A program made the position numbers and the translations under genes. From NCBI RefSeq assembly GCF_001194135.2, contig NC_068996.1, forward strand, positions 49,429,399 through 49,472,511: a stretch of 43,113 bases of DNA. The letters are read 5' to 3'. Positions 22,140 to 34,397 of the stretch are shown piece by piece; position 1 is the stretch's first letter; each line of letters starts with the position of its first letter. This DNA is from Octopus bimaculoides. Its lineage: Eukaryota. The notes under the pieces are model-generated. The model made no database searches. It was given only the letters and a program-made list of their open reading frames with translations, and had not been told where the DNA came from.

Positions 22140-22699
22140 TCTTGGGGTTTTTTTCCAATTCACTAAACGCCTTCAGTTAGTAGATTGTTGTTGCTGTCTT
22201 TACCATTGGTCCCCAACCCCTCATGCAAGTTCAGTGTTGCAATTCCAGTTGAGGTGGTTATAGACTAGCTTCTGGAAAGAACTTGGACATGAGGTCTGTG
22301 CCATGAATATGTTTGGTGGAGGAGCTGTTTTGCTTTTTTATTTTTTTATTTTTATTCCTAATATATTTTCACAATGAAAATCCCGCTTCACTGGAACCAT
22401 CATCATCATTATCATTTCCTCAATCACTACTGTAACCACCACCATCCCTACACCACCTGCTGACATCATCGCCGTCGTCATCACCACTACAACCATTGTC
22501 TTCCTTCTCAGTTAAAATGTCAAAATAGCTTCAGCTTGAATTGGCATGAGATTTAGCCATTTTGACTATCCAAGGAAAACTCTGCCATTAAGGACTGAGT
22601 CTGGAGTAAGTCTACGTAATGATATAATGAACACAAAACTCATTAAGGTTAGCTTTAATGAGATTTCCAAGTTTGTTTTAGATTTCATAAAACTTTTAA

Positions 22700-22917
22700 T
22701 CCTTTGGCATTTGAACTGGCCATATCCAGTTCAAATATTGTACCTGTTTTATGTTCACACTAGCCTGATCCAGCCTCTCACACCTACCCTGCAATGTCAT
22801 TCTAGAAATAAACAGTCACATCATCAAAATCTTGAATCTATGAGATAATGATTAATTCAAAACAATGAGAATAAATAAGCATTACATTTGATAGATTAAG
22901 CTGAATGCTAAAGGGTT
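22700..22917 (-). mobile_element. piggyBac-type MITE family A
   Basis: ggcatttgaactggccatatcc ... gaatgctaaagggtt. Confidence 0.8.
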
Positions 22918-23305
22918 TTTTGTTGTTGTTGTTGGCACTCCTTCGCTTACGACATCGAGGGTTCCAGTTGATCTGATCAACGGAACAGCCTGCTCATGAA
23001 ATTAACGTGCAAGTGGCTGAGCACTCCACAGATACGTGTACCCTTAACGTAGTTCTCAGGGAGATTCAGCGTGACACAGTGTGACAAGGCTGACCCTTTG
23101 AATTACAGGCACAACAGAAACAGGAAGTAAGAGTGAGAGAAAGTTGTGGTGAAAGAGTACAGCAAGGTTCACCACCATCCCCTGCCGGAGCCTCGTGGAG
23201 CTTTAGGTGTTTTCGCTCAATAAACACTCACAACGCCCAGTCTGGGAATTGAAACCGCGATCCTATGATTGCGAGTCAGCTGCCCTAACCACTGGGCCAT
23301 TGCGC
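22918..23305 (-). mobile_element. Near full-length tRNA-derived SINE family D with target-site duplication
   Basis: (TTG)n tail complement at 22918 and tRNA head complement ending ...ccattgcgc. Flanked by gctaaagggtt at 22907-22917 and 23304-23314. Confidence 0.9.
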
Positions 23306-23376
23306 TAAAGGGTTAATACAGAATTAATAGCCTCCTGGTTTATTTCAAGACTGTACACATTTAATGTGCATTTTAA

Positions 23377-23573
23377 CAGGGCTGTGGAGTCGAAAATAAA
23401 AACTTCAACTCTGACTTCTCTTTATATAATTAACTGATTTTGTGGTCTACATATCTCATAAAGCCTATGCCTACACTTGTACTTTGAGTAGGCTTATATG
23501 TTATAACCAGTTAATATTAAAGAATAAAGATCGGAATCGGTATAGTTTTACTAACTCCGACTCCACAGCGCTA
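23377..23573. mobile_element. hAT-type MITE, 197 bp
   Basis: TIR cagggctgtggagtcg / cgactccacagcgcta. Perfect 8-bp TSD CATTTTAA at 23369-23376 and 23574-23581. Confidence 0.9.
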
Positions 23574-23577
23574 CATT

Positions 23578-23805
23578 TTAATCCTTTTACATTGAAATTG
23601 GTCATATCCAGTCCAAACATTCAACCTAACCTATACTCAAATTGGCTCCATCCAACCTCTCACACCTATCCTACAATGCCATTTCTAAAACTAACTAATC
23701 ACCACAGTGGAATCTCAAAGCTCTGAGATAATGAATAATTAATTCAAAACAAAGTGAATAGATAACTATTACATTTGATAGAGTATTCTGAATGCTAACG
23801 AGTTA
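23578..23805 (-). mobile_element. piggyBac-type MITE family A
   Basis: ttaatccttttacatt ... gaatgctaacgagttaa. Confidence 0.75.
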
Positions 23806-24114
23806 ATGTTTGATGTTAAATGGGTAACTGAGAGCCCAGAATATTCTTCAAATTTGGATCAGTCAATTGTGACTTTGTTTTCATTTTTATCAATCAATTT
23901 CAAAGATCAAAATATTTGTTTGCATATGTACATCTTCCCAAATTTCCAGGTGTATTTTCTTGCAGTTGAAATTCTATCGTTCTATTATTGGTTTCAACCA
24001 GACGCTGTGGCCATGCAGATGCACCACCATTATTAGCATTAATGCTTGCTTATTTTAGACTGTCTCCTCAGTATATTTTAGATTCAGTTCCTGTCTTTAG
24101 AATTGGTGGTCCTT

Positions 24115-24300
24115 GTCATCATCATCATCATCTTCGTCGTCCTTTAACAGCCGTTTTTCCATGTTGGCATGTGTTGGACGGTTTGACTGGAGCTTCCAAG
24201 CTGGAGAGTTACACCAGGTTCCACTCTGATTTAGCAGGATTTCTACAATTGGATGCCCTTTCTAATGCCAACCATTTTACAGTGTGTGATGGGTGCTTTT
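24115..24300 (-). mobile_element. SINE family C
   Basis: (CAT)n tttaacagccgtttttccatgttggcatg... Confidence 0.75.
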
Positions 24301-25189
24301 AGCATGGTGCTGCTTAGTAAATTGGACTAAGCTGCCCTTCTTTACATTTCTTGCCATGATGTATGTTCATTTGATATATTGGATGAAAATTTAATTGTTC
24401 TTTGAATACATACATACCTACACCTCATAGATCTCTAATAGATTTGAAAAATTAATAGTTATTCACATCAACAATTTGAACTGAAGAAAGTGAAATAAAT
24501 TTCAATTTTAAAAGCTGAATTTGTTTACAAATCTATAAGTTCCATTTGTACATCACTAGGCATTTTTATTATTTTTTTTGTTCCAAAAATAAAAACAGGT
24601 TTATAAACACATGTATGCAGCTTTCTTCCTTAGTACAATCATGAAAACTGCTTTCAAATGACTCTTGTATTAAGCCAGTGTATTTTATAATATATTTGTA
24701 AGAATTTACACAATCCCCTGCACTTTTATTTTGCTCTTGTTTTAAATACAGAAATGATTTTGCAAATTAATTTTCTAACTGATGGATAAACAGTTTTAAT
24801 TCCATCTTGAATGCCTTGATATTCTTTACTTAACAAAAAAAGTGCCTTGCAGTGTCAAGATTAAATCATTGTGATGGCTGGTTACATCAACTAAAAATGC
24901 AAAATCATGTAACCAAACATCATATAAAAAGGTTCTTTCCTCTGGCAGCTCATATTTCTCTTCTAGAAAATCATGAACAATGTTTTCTCATTTCCAAGAT
25001 CTACTCAAAACCAATTCTTGAAAACCAGCGCACCTAGCAACGCAAGACAAGTCAATAATATTTCAAATGGAACAATATTCTCTAAGTTCTCATCTGTTTT
25101 ATGCACATTCACATTATTCCGTCAAAATGTAATGCTTATTTCTTCACATTGTTTAAAATTAATCTTGCATTATCATGTAGCTGTGAAGA

Positions 25190-25670
25190 TGCATGGCTCA
25201 GTAATAAGAGCATCAGGCTCACAATCATGAGATAGTGAGTTCAATTCCCAGACGAGGCTATATGTTGTGTTCTTGAGCAAAACATTTTATTTCGCGTTGC
25301 TCCAGTTCACTCAGCTGTAGAAATAAATTGCAATGTCACTGGTACCAAGCTGTATCAGCCCCTTTGCCTTTCCCATCAGTGGCATGGAGAGGGGAGGCTG
25401 GTATGCATGGGCGACTGCTGGTCTTCCATGAACAACCTTGACCAAACTTGTGCCTCGGAGGGGAACTTTCTAGATGCAATCCCATGGTCATTCATGACCA
25501 AAGGAGGTCTTTACATTTTGCCCTATATACATATAATGGCATGGAGGGGGGCTGGTATGCAAGGGTGACTGCTGATCTTCCATAAACAACCTTGCTTGAA
25601 CTTGTGCTTCAGAGGGAACTTTCTTGGTTCAATCCCATGGTCATTCATGACCAAAGGAGGTCTTTACCTC
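25190..25670 (+). mobile_element. tRNA-derived SINE family E with a duplicated 3' half
   Basis: tggctcagt...gagttcaattccc head and gtgttcttgagcaaaac core. The 3' block is at 25381-25514 and again at 25538-25666. Confidence 0.8.
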
Positions 25671-26974
25671 TTACCGTTTAACCTGAGACTATGGGATTTT
25701 GATGACGTAATTTAAAATTTTTAGAATGACATTGTTGGGGAGGTGTGAAAATCACATCTGGCCTGTTTGAACTAAAAACAAGTGGAACATTTTGGCCAGA
25801 TATGGCCAGTTTAAATGTTAAAGGGTGAATAGTGACCACATTTAACAACTGTTAAACATAACCTGTAACCTGTTTGTTACTGGAAGCTGATCAGATTGAC
25901 CATTTTTCCTTCGGGAATTTCTTATTCAATCACTAACTCAGTAGTTCTTCACATCCTTCCTGTAAATATTAGAGAAATTTTGCCTTTCTCTTTTTATTAA
26001 TAAGAAAACAAGAATTTTAAAAAAATTTTTTGCATCCCTATAATTCTTCTTTTGTTGTCATAGTCTTGCTTAGATATTAAAAGTTTTACCTTTTAGCGTT
26101 TAAACCAGCCATATCCAACCATATTGTATTCTACCTGTTTTATTTTCTTATTGGCCAGATTCCCACCTCTTGCATCTGATCTAGCATGAAATATCCTCCT
26201 CATCTTTTCTAATATCTTCCTTCCCACTTAGTCAAGGGAGTGCTTCCCTTTTCCCTCCATTCCGTTTCCTTCCAGTCTTGCGAGTTACTTGGCAACCCCA
26301 GCTAAAGCTAGTGCCACAAAAAAAGCACCTTGTACACACTGTAAAGTGGTTGGCATTAGGAATGGCATCAAACCATAGAAACCATGCCAAAGCTGAGATG
26401 GAGCATAACACAGCCCTGTGGTCCATCAGTCCAACCAGTATGAGGAGGTTTGTGAAGAGGTAGTTATGGCTGTGTGGTAAGATGCTTGCTTCTGAAACAT
26501 ATGGTTTTGGGTTTAGTTCCATTGAATATATTACAATGTGGAAAAATGGACATTAAATGATAAAAAAAATGATGATGAAATGGTTTCCAAAGCAACCTTA
26601 CACCTGCTAATATATATATGTTTTTTTTTTTTTCTATCCTGAATGGTGAATACAATCTTCATTCCATTTCTATATTGTCAATATATTCTTCTTCGAAATA
26701 TCTTCTGATAATCATTTCTTGGGTATAAAATAGGAAATTACAGAACAGCAGGCTACTCTAACAATAATGTGTGTGCATGTGTATGTGTCTGTGTCTGTGT
26801 GTGTTCATATATTTCATATACTTGGTATCCTTGTATCTCTCATCTTTTCTCTTCACCTTTTTTTCTTTATGTAAATTTCCTCATGTTTTGGAAACTGCCC
26901 ATGTATTGTGTCCCTCAACAGACGACCCTGTGGCAAATAAAAGAACTCATCATCATCATCATCATCACCAGCAT

Positions 26975-27740
26975 CAGTCTCGTTAGCATGCCAGGCGAAA
27001 TGCTTAGTGGTATTCCTTCTATCTTCACGTTCTCAGTTCAAATGCCACCAGGGTCAACTTTGCATTTCGTCCTTTCAGGGTTGATAAATTAAATGCCAGT
27101 TATGCACTGGGGTCGATGAAATCAACTAGTCTCCTCCCCCAAAATTTCAAGCCTTGTGCCTCTAGTAGAAAGGATTATTATTGTTGTTATTAAGGCAGTG
27201 AGCTTGCAGAATTGTTAGGAGTGACTGTGTGGTAAGTTATAGGCGAAAGAGTGGCTGTGTGGTAAGTAGCTTGCTTACCAACCACATTGTTCCGGGTTCA
27301 CTCCCACTGCATGGCACCTTGGGCAAATGTCTTCTACTATAGCCTCAGGTCGACCAAAAGATTACTTTTACTAATATTATTCTGCCATGGTCGACTTTGC
27401 CTTTCATCCTTTCGGGGTCAATAGAATAAGTACCAGTTGAGTACTGGAGTCATTGTAATCAGCTTACCCCCTCCCCTGAAATTACTGCACTTGTGTCAAA
27501 ATTTGAAATTATCATTATTATTATTATTATTATTAAGGTGGCAAGTTGATAGAATCTTCAGCATGCTGGGTGAAATGCTTAGTAGTATTTCAACTGCCGC
27601 TACGTTCCGAGTTCAAATTCTGCCAAGGTCAACTTTGCCTTCCATCCTTTCATGGTCAATAAATTAAGTACCAGTGAAACACCAGGGTCAATGTACTTGA
27701 CTAGTCCCCTCCCCCACAGTTTCAGGCCTTGTGAAAGGAT
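26975..27740 (+). mobile_element. SINE cluster (B 26975-27180, A head 27215-27355, B 27380-27510, B 27535-27740)
   Basis: Recognisable heads and bodies separated by (TTA)n. Confidence 0.8.
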
Positions 27741-28660
27741 TATTATTATTATTATTATTGTCATCATCCTCATTATTATCTTGGCATAGCTCACTTTAAC
27801 CATATTGTTCTTAATTTAAATAACAGCCAGTTTGCAGTGAATGTTTTGATGTTATATAGTTATACAATGGCACACAAAGGAATTATTCAAAGTTTGCAGC
27901 CATCAAAACACTAAAATGTCTTTGATATATGATTTGTTAACAGTTCACTGTTCTAATAATAAAGAATTTTATGGTTTTATACATACACAGACACACGCAC
28001 ACACATACATACATATACATACACTTACAAACATGTGCACACACATACACACAGACACACATGTTTGGCTACAAGAAATAGAAATAGGCACTTAATTTTT
28101 TATTCCAGTATATATGAATATATATTCAAAAAATTATGCATTTACATTTGGGAGAAAGAGAATTCTTTACATAGAATGAGGTTTCTCTCTCTTGCTACTC
28201 TGAGTTCCACATTTTGTTACTATGATGACAGGAAACTTAGAAGTAAGAGTAGCAACAGAAGAAAGACTTAACTTCCAATAAATGAACACACACACACACG
28301 CATATATATATATATATATATATATAGGAAGCTTGCTTCCCAGCTACATGGTTTCGGGTTCAGTCCCACCGCATGGCACCTTGGGCAAGTATCTTCTGCT
28401 ATAGCCCCGAGCCGACCAAAGCTTTGTGATTGAATTTGGTAGGCAGAAGTTACTGCCGTGTGTGTATATGTCTGTGTATGTGCTTGTGCCTCTCTCCCAG
28501 AGAGTGAGAGAGGGAATATACATACATACACATACAAGAGAGAAAAAGAGAGAGATATTTATATAAAAATATGTTTATATTAAAACAAAAGCTAGAAAAT
28601 TTGGTATATTTTTAATTCCATGTTACACATGTTTCATTATGGTATATGAAATGCATTACA

Positions 28661-28699
<39 letters not shown>

Positions 28700-29080
28700 T
28701 GCCTTGATGCAGTACCAAGTAGTGGCTTTCATTGCTTTTGATCTTAACTGCTCAATACCACAGATTTGCTTGTCAGTTGTTTGACCTTAACCAGTTGAGC
28801 ATGTCCCTTGGTGGCTGACAATATGTGCATCTCTGATCACGAGCAGAAGTAGTCGGTGAGCAGCATAGCCATGTGTTGAGAGGAATTCTTTCGGGTTTGA
28901 ATAATTCGCCTTTGGAAACATGGGTGTGAAACAACCTCTCAACAGAAATATGGTAACATAAGAGTTAAATGTATGAATGTCTACGGAATGCTCAGATACT
29001 TGCATGATAATTTTATGAGCAGGCTGTTCCATCAATTGGATCAACTGTAATATGCATCATCGAAACTGACGGAATACCAG
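28700..29080 (+). mobile_element. Composite interspersed repeat: unrelated 5' part plus a decayed family D 3' tail
   Basis: 28960-29080 (gagcaggctgttcc...gatcaactg...acggaatacca) matches the reverse complement of 22930-23040. Confidence 0.6.
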
Positions 29081-29424
29081 TTAGTGTACAAATGGTGTAG
29101 ATAACACTTAGCATTTTGTATATTTATGGTAATGTATCTGTTGAATGTAATGGCTGCTGGCCATAGATGTTGTTTGATGCTATTGATAAGAGGAGAGAGA
29201 GGTGGGGGAGAGAGAGAGAGAAACGTATTTTGTGGGTACTATTTTTAAAATAAATGTTTGGAGCTAGTTTTCTAGGTCTTTCATGTGTAATTAGAATGGT
29301 TGTGTCACTATATATCTGTAGAATAATGAGACGAGGTAAGTAATGTCATGACAGTGAAGTTGTATGCTTGTATACGTGTGTGTGTGTGTGTATGTTATAT
29401 ATATATATATATATATACATAATC

Positions 29425-29880
29425 ATCTTCATCATGTAATGTCCACTTTCCATGCTGGCATGGGTTGGACGGTTTGACTGGAACTGGTAAGTCAGAGAGC
29501 TGCATCAGGTTCCAGTCTTGGTTTCGATGGACGGATGCCCTTCCTAATGCCAACTACGCTGAGAGTGTAGTGGGTGCCTTGTACACGTCACCATCATTGT
29601 CACTGGCACAGGTGCTTTTATGTGTCGCCAGCACAAGTGCTGTGATGTGCCACTGGCATGGTTGCTGTAACGTGTCACTGGCATGGGTGTTGTAATGTGC
29701 CACCAGCATGGGTGATGTAACATGTCTCCGGCACAAGTGCTTTTACATGTCACAGGCCTTGATGATTTTATGTGTTACAGGCACTGATGCTGTTACGTGT
29801 TGCTGGCACGGATGCTGTTACATGTCAATGGCACCGGTCACAACTACGATTTCATTTGGCTTAACAAGTCTTCTCAAGTA
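29425..29880 (-). mobile_element. SINE family C carrying an internal 25-bp tandem array (29605-29835)
   Basis: (g/a)gca motif every 25 nt from 29605 to 29830. Confidence 0.85.
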
Positions 29881-29914
29881 CAGCAAACTTCCATCTGTAT
29901 ATCTATACATATAT

Positions 29915-30910
29915 CTTTAATCTTTTACTTGTTTCAACTGTTGGACTGTGGTCATGCTGGGGCAGCACCTTGAAGAGCTGAACGAATCAACACCAGTACT
30001 TATTGTTTTTCGGCTTCAGTCTCTTTTGCTGGACCACTAAGTTACTGGGATGTAAACAAACTAACACTGGTTGTCAAGCACTGGTGGAATACACACATAC
30101 ATACGCACACACATGCACAACAGATTTCTTTCAATTATTGTGTGCTGCATCAACTCACAAGGTTTTGGTTGGCCCAGGGCTACAGAAGACACTTGCCCAA
30201 GGTGCCATACAGTAGAACTGAACCCAAAACCATGTGGTTAGGAAACAAGCATCTTACCACACAGCCATGCTTGCATCTCCACACACCTACCATTCCACAC
30301 CTGCAAGAGATGTAGAAGAGTGAGTGGGTGGATATGGTGAGAGGACAGATCCTTATGGTAAACACTCTATTCAAGAAATTTTGAATCCTATACTGATGCC
30401 ATGGGTAGTTAGAATGGTACATGTATGTTTTTTTTTTTGTTTTTGTAAACTTCTTACATGGCTACATGGTAAGAAGTTTGCTTCCCAACCACATAGTTCC
30501 AGATTCAGTCCCACTGCATGACACCTTGGGCAAGTATCTTCTACTATAACCTTGGACCAACCAAGTGGATTTGGTAGATGAAAACTGAAAGAAGCCTACA
30601 TTACTTACATTTGATGGATATTTGACAAGATGAGAACAAATATCTGTCAATTGTAAATATTGTACATAATTCCTCATCTCTTAAATACAGAACTGAAAGG
30701 AGACTGTGTGCGTGTGTGTGTGTGTGTGCGTGTGTGTGTGTGTCTTTGTATTTGTGCTTACTTGCCCGTAACTTAGCGGTTCAGTAAAAAGGACCAATAG
30801 AATAAGTACCAGGCTTTAAAAAAATAAATTTGTTTGATTATAACTTCTTCAAGGTGATGCACCAGCATGGCCACAGTCCAATGACTGATGCAAGCAAAAG
30901 CTAGAAGATA
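29915..30910. mobile_element. Head-to-head pair of SINE family A copies (minus 29915-30275, plus 30455-30910)
   Basis: gaagacacttgcccaagg on one copy and ccttgggcaagtatctt on the other. Confidence 0.8.
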
Positions 30911-30984
30911 AAGTAATGTAGTGGCCTGAATCCAATTTGGGATCTGGATTGGTGACAATAAGGGTGAAACTTTGTAAAGAGTTT

Positions 30985-31195
30985 TAACCTTTCTGTAAAA
31001 TGTAATTTCTTATTTATTCATATCATTTTGGAATTAACCATGCATTATCTCAAAGCTTCAAGATTACAACGTTGTGATTTTATATTTGTAGGATAACATT
31101 ATAGGGTAGGTGTGAGAGGCCAGATCTAGCCGGTCTGGACATAAAACAGGTACAATATTTAGGTCCGATATGACTGGTTTAAATGCTAAAGAAAT
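30985..31195 (+). mobile_element. piggyBac-type MITE family A
   Basis: gggtaggtgtgagaggccagatct ... ggtttaaatgctaaag. Confidence 0.75.
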
Positions 31196-31282
31196 AAGGG
31201 TGCATATAGGAGGGTGATTAGTTTGTATGGTGCTGGTTCACTCACTCATTGTAGTCATGGCAATTTTATCCAATTTCCAGTT

Positions 31283-31520
31283 TCTTATTTCTTTACTGCC
31301 CACAGGGGGCTAAACATAGAAGGGACAAACAAGGACAGTCAAACAGATTAAGTCGATTATATCGACCCCAGTGTGTAACTGGTACTTATTATTTAATTGA
31401 CCCGAAAAGGATAAAAGGCAAAGTCAACCTCGGCGGAATTTGAACTCAGAACGTAGTGGCAGACGAAATACCGCTAAGCTTTTCGCTCTGCGTGCTAACG
31501 TTTCTGCCAGCTCGCCGCCT
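31283..31520 (-). mobile_element. Young SINE family B with 14-bp TSD
   Basis: tccaatttccagtt at 31269-31282 and 31525-31538. CpGs are retained. Confidence 0.9.
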
Positions 31521-31689
31521 TATTTCCAATTTCCAGTTCCTGGGAATTTGGCAGTGTTATCAAAGTGGTAGTAGCTATTGGTAAGCATGATGTTTCCTTC
31601 TGACTTTAAGGTTTTTTTTAGTTTTAGAATTCCCTGTTGGGAAGAATGGAACTGGAGTTATGATTTTCATTTCAATATTGCAGGAGAAA

Positions 31690-31915
31690 GTAAGATAGCA
31701 AGCAAACTGACTCAACTGTTAGCACAACAGGCAAAATGCTTAAGCGTCATTTCGCCTGTCTTTAAATTCTGAGTTCAAATTCCACCAAGGTCAACTTTGC
31801 ATTTCATCTTTTCAGGGTCAATAAATTAAATACTAGTATTGAGTAGTGGGGTCGATAAATTGACTAGCCCCATCTCCTCAAGATTTCAGGCCTTATACAT
31901 ATAGCAGAAAGAATA
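31690..31915 (+). mobile_element. SINE family B
   Basis: ttctgagttcaaattcc...caaggtcaactttgc. Confidence 0.75.
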
Positions 31916-32269
31916 TTTCTGAAGAAAGTTATGCAGCTTGTTTTCTTTCTATATGTGTGTGTGTACAGTATTTTTAAGAAGAAAATGGTGTTTGTTTATT
32001 AGTATACAATGGTTTGGGCAAAGCATTGTGTGATATTAAATTAGATTTAAGACTTGTTAAAAAGCCCAAACAATGCAAAATGAATGAAATGCAGAAGTGG
32101 AAATGGAACAACAGTTAGTGTTTTACCTTTGTATTTCTTCGATATTTTAACATTAGAACCTCTTCATTAAGACATGTTAAAGAAATGGAAGATGATGCAG
32201 TGCTGCCATTTTTGATCAGATTTGTAGTAAAGGATTTTGACATCTGCAGACCAGTTCTTATAAAAACAC

Positions 32270-32450
32270 CAGCCTGAGCATGTTACATGTTACTACCTTC
32301 TCCCACACATCTGAGCAATGACTGCAACTTTATTCCATCTTCGCATGTTCTGATGAAGGTGTTCTAACCCCCAAAATATTGAAGAAGTACAAATGTTCTG
32401 TTTTCACTTTTGCTTTTCATTCATTTCGCATTATTTTGATCTAATTTACA
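32270..32450 (+). mobile_element. Decayed Penelope-like fragment with a broken hammerhead-like motif
   Basis: ctgatgaagg-tgttcta-acc-cccaaaatattgaag at about 32351-32385. The GAAA is lost. Confidence 0.35.
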
Positions 32451-32574
32451 AGCTTTTAATATCATCATCATCATCACTATCATTATCATCAACATTCTAA
32501 CATCTGCATTTTCATGCTCGCATTAGTTGGCTGACTCTGATATGGTCCCCACCTACATGTAATATACATATCTC

Positions 32575-32950
32575 TATCTCTTACGTTCTGCTTGTTTCAG
32601 TCATTGGACTGCAACCATGCTAGGGCACTGTCTTGAAGGACTTGCTCAGACAAATCGACCTCAGTAGTTATTTTTTAAGCCTAGTACTCTTATTCCATTG
32701 TCACTTTTGCTGAAGCATTAAGTTGCAGGGATGTAAACAAACCAATACTGATTGTCAAACGAAGTGGTGGGGGAGGGGCAGACAACCACAAAGACACAAA
32801 CAAAGATGTATCTTATTTCAGTTTCTGTTTGAGAAACTTTGTTTGGCCCAATGTTATAGGAGAAGACACTTGTCCAAGGTGCTGTGTAGTGGGTTTGAAC
32901 CTAAGGCCACATGCCGTGTTGTAGGACTGAATCACACAGCAATGCCTGGC
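32575..32950 (-). mobile_element. SINE family A
   Basis: gaagacacttgtccaagg...gaatcacacagc. Confidence 0.75.
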
Positions 32951-33019
32951 TATCCGCAAATGTGAGCCCCATGACTCAGAATAGTTGTTCCAGAACATCT
33001 CTCTCACCATCGTCTGGGG

Positions 33020-33528
33020 CACGAGTCACCAAACTACGGCCCACAAGCCAGATCCAGTCCATGAGGTCAGTTTATCTGGCCCATCACCATTCTGTATCTT
33101 TTATGTAAGTACCTGCATTTGCCTCTGGTATGGCATCAGTGTTTGGGACAACTTATATCTGTGAACAAACATTTTCAATACTGAAGTATTTGATGTCAGT
33201 GAACGAGGTTGACTAATGAACATTTGAAAGCAATTCTCTTGGTTGGGTGCAAATATTGATATCTTAAAAACTAAATACCAGTTTCTCAAATTTCACCAAC
33301 CTTTTTTGCTGCTTAGTTTCTGAGATTTGGACATGTGCGCACTGGGTGTGATATAACCAGCTTATTGTTAATGTCACCTTTTTTGATAACTTTTTGGTAA
33401 ACAAATATGTTGGTTGTCTTTATTTTTTGTGTATTCACTATATTGTGTTGAACAAAATGGTTATGTGGCCTGTGTTCATCATTCTCTCAGTTATCTGGCC
33501 TGCCGTGAAAAAAGTTTGGTGATCCCTG
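33020..33528. mobile_element. hAT-Charlie-type MITE (MER58-like termini)
   Basis: cacgagtcaccaaactacggccc ... aaagtttggtgatccctg. Flanks gtctgggg / cactggag resemble a decayed NTCTAGAN target. Confidence 0.75.
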
Positions 33529-34179
33529 CACTGGAGCAATGCCATTTCCATTTTATCTGCTGGGACCATGAGGCCATCTGAATTACAGGAAATCAAGAGA
33601 GTGTAAAAATCTTGTAGCTTACTCCTACCCATAGCTGGTCTTTATATAATTAAGACATTATTATTAAACATACCTACATACATATGCATGTGTGTACAAC
33701 AGGCTTCTTTCAGTTTCTATCTACCAACTCCACTCATGAGGTTTTGGTCAGCCAACTCTACATCACATAACCCCTGTGTGGTTCTGTGATGTAAATTGAT
33801 AAAATGGTGATTCCTAACATACCAAAGCAATGATAACTTGCTTCAAAGTCAGAATTCCAAACAAATGCTGATTCGGTTTTTAAACTTGGTTGCACATTAT
33901 TTCATTAGAAATGGTACGCAGTTTCTTTTCTTTTTCTTTTGTCCGTTTTTTCCATTCAACTTCCAACTCAGGAAACATGAATTTTTTTTTTTTTTTTTTT
34001 TTTTTTTAGTTTCTCTGATTACACCACAAATGAATAGTGGATCCACCAATTCCAATATTAGCCAGCTGGTTCATGATTTCCATTTTTCTCTTCAGCCCCT
34101 TTTAATATTCATTGATTTTCTGCTGTTGCTGTAATAAGGTTGGCAATACTTCTGAGCATTCATATTGGTTGGGAACAAT

Positions 34180-34397
34180 ATTCTTTTCTACTCTAGGCAC
34201 AAGGCCCGAAATTTTGGGGGAGGGGGCCAGTCAATTAGATCGACCCCAATACACTACTGGTACTTAATTTATCAACCCCAAAAGGATGAAAAGCAAAATC
34301 AACCTTGGCGGAATTTGAACTCAAAACGTAAAGACAGACAAAATACCGCTAAGCATTTCACCTGGAGTGCTAATGCTTCTGCCAGCTCACCGCCTTG
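34180..34397 (-). mobile_element. SINE family B
   Basis: ttttctactctaggcacaaggcccg ... ttctgccagctcaccgcctt. Confidence 0.85.

Noticed and set aside
22375-22520. Ser/Pro-rich exon resembling the gene's N-terminus
   Set aside because: A degenerate CAT/CAC trinucleotide repeat with stops in every frame.
29605-29835. CRISPR-like periodic array
   Set aside because: The whole 25-bp unit is repeated with no unique spacers, it lies within a SINE, the context is eukaryotic, and no cas genes are present.
34009-34134. Candidate exon after a long poly-T plus AG
   Set aside because: The poly-T is a homopolymer like many others here, and there is no good donor before the stop. RNA-seq would be needed.
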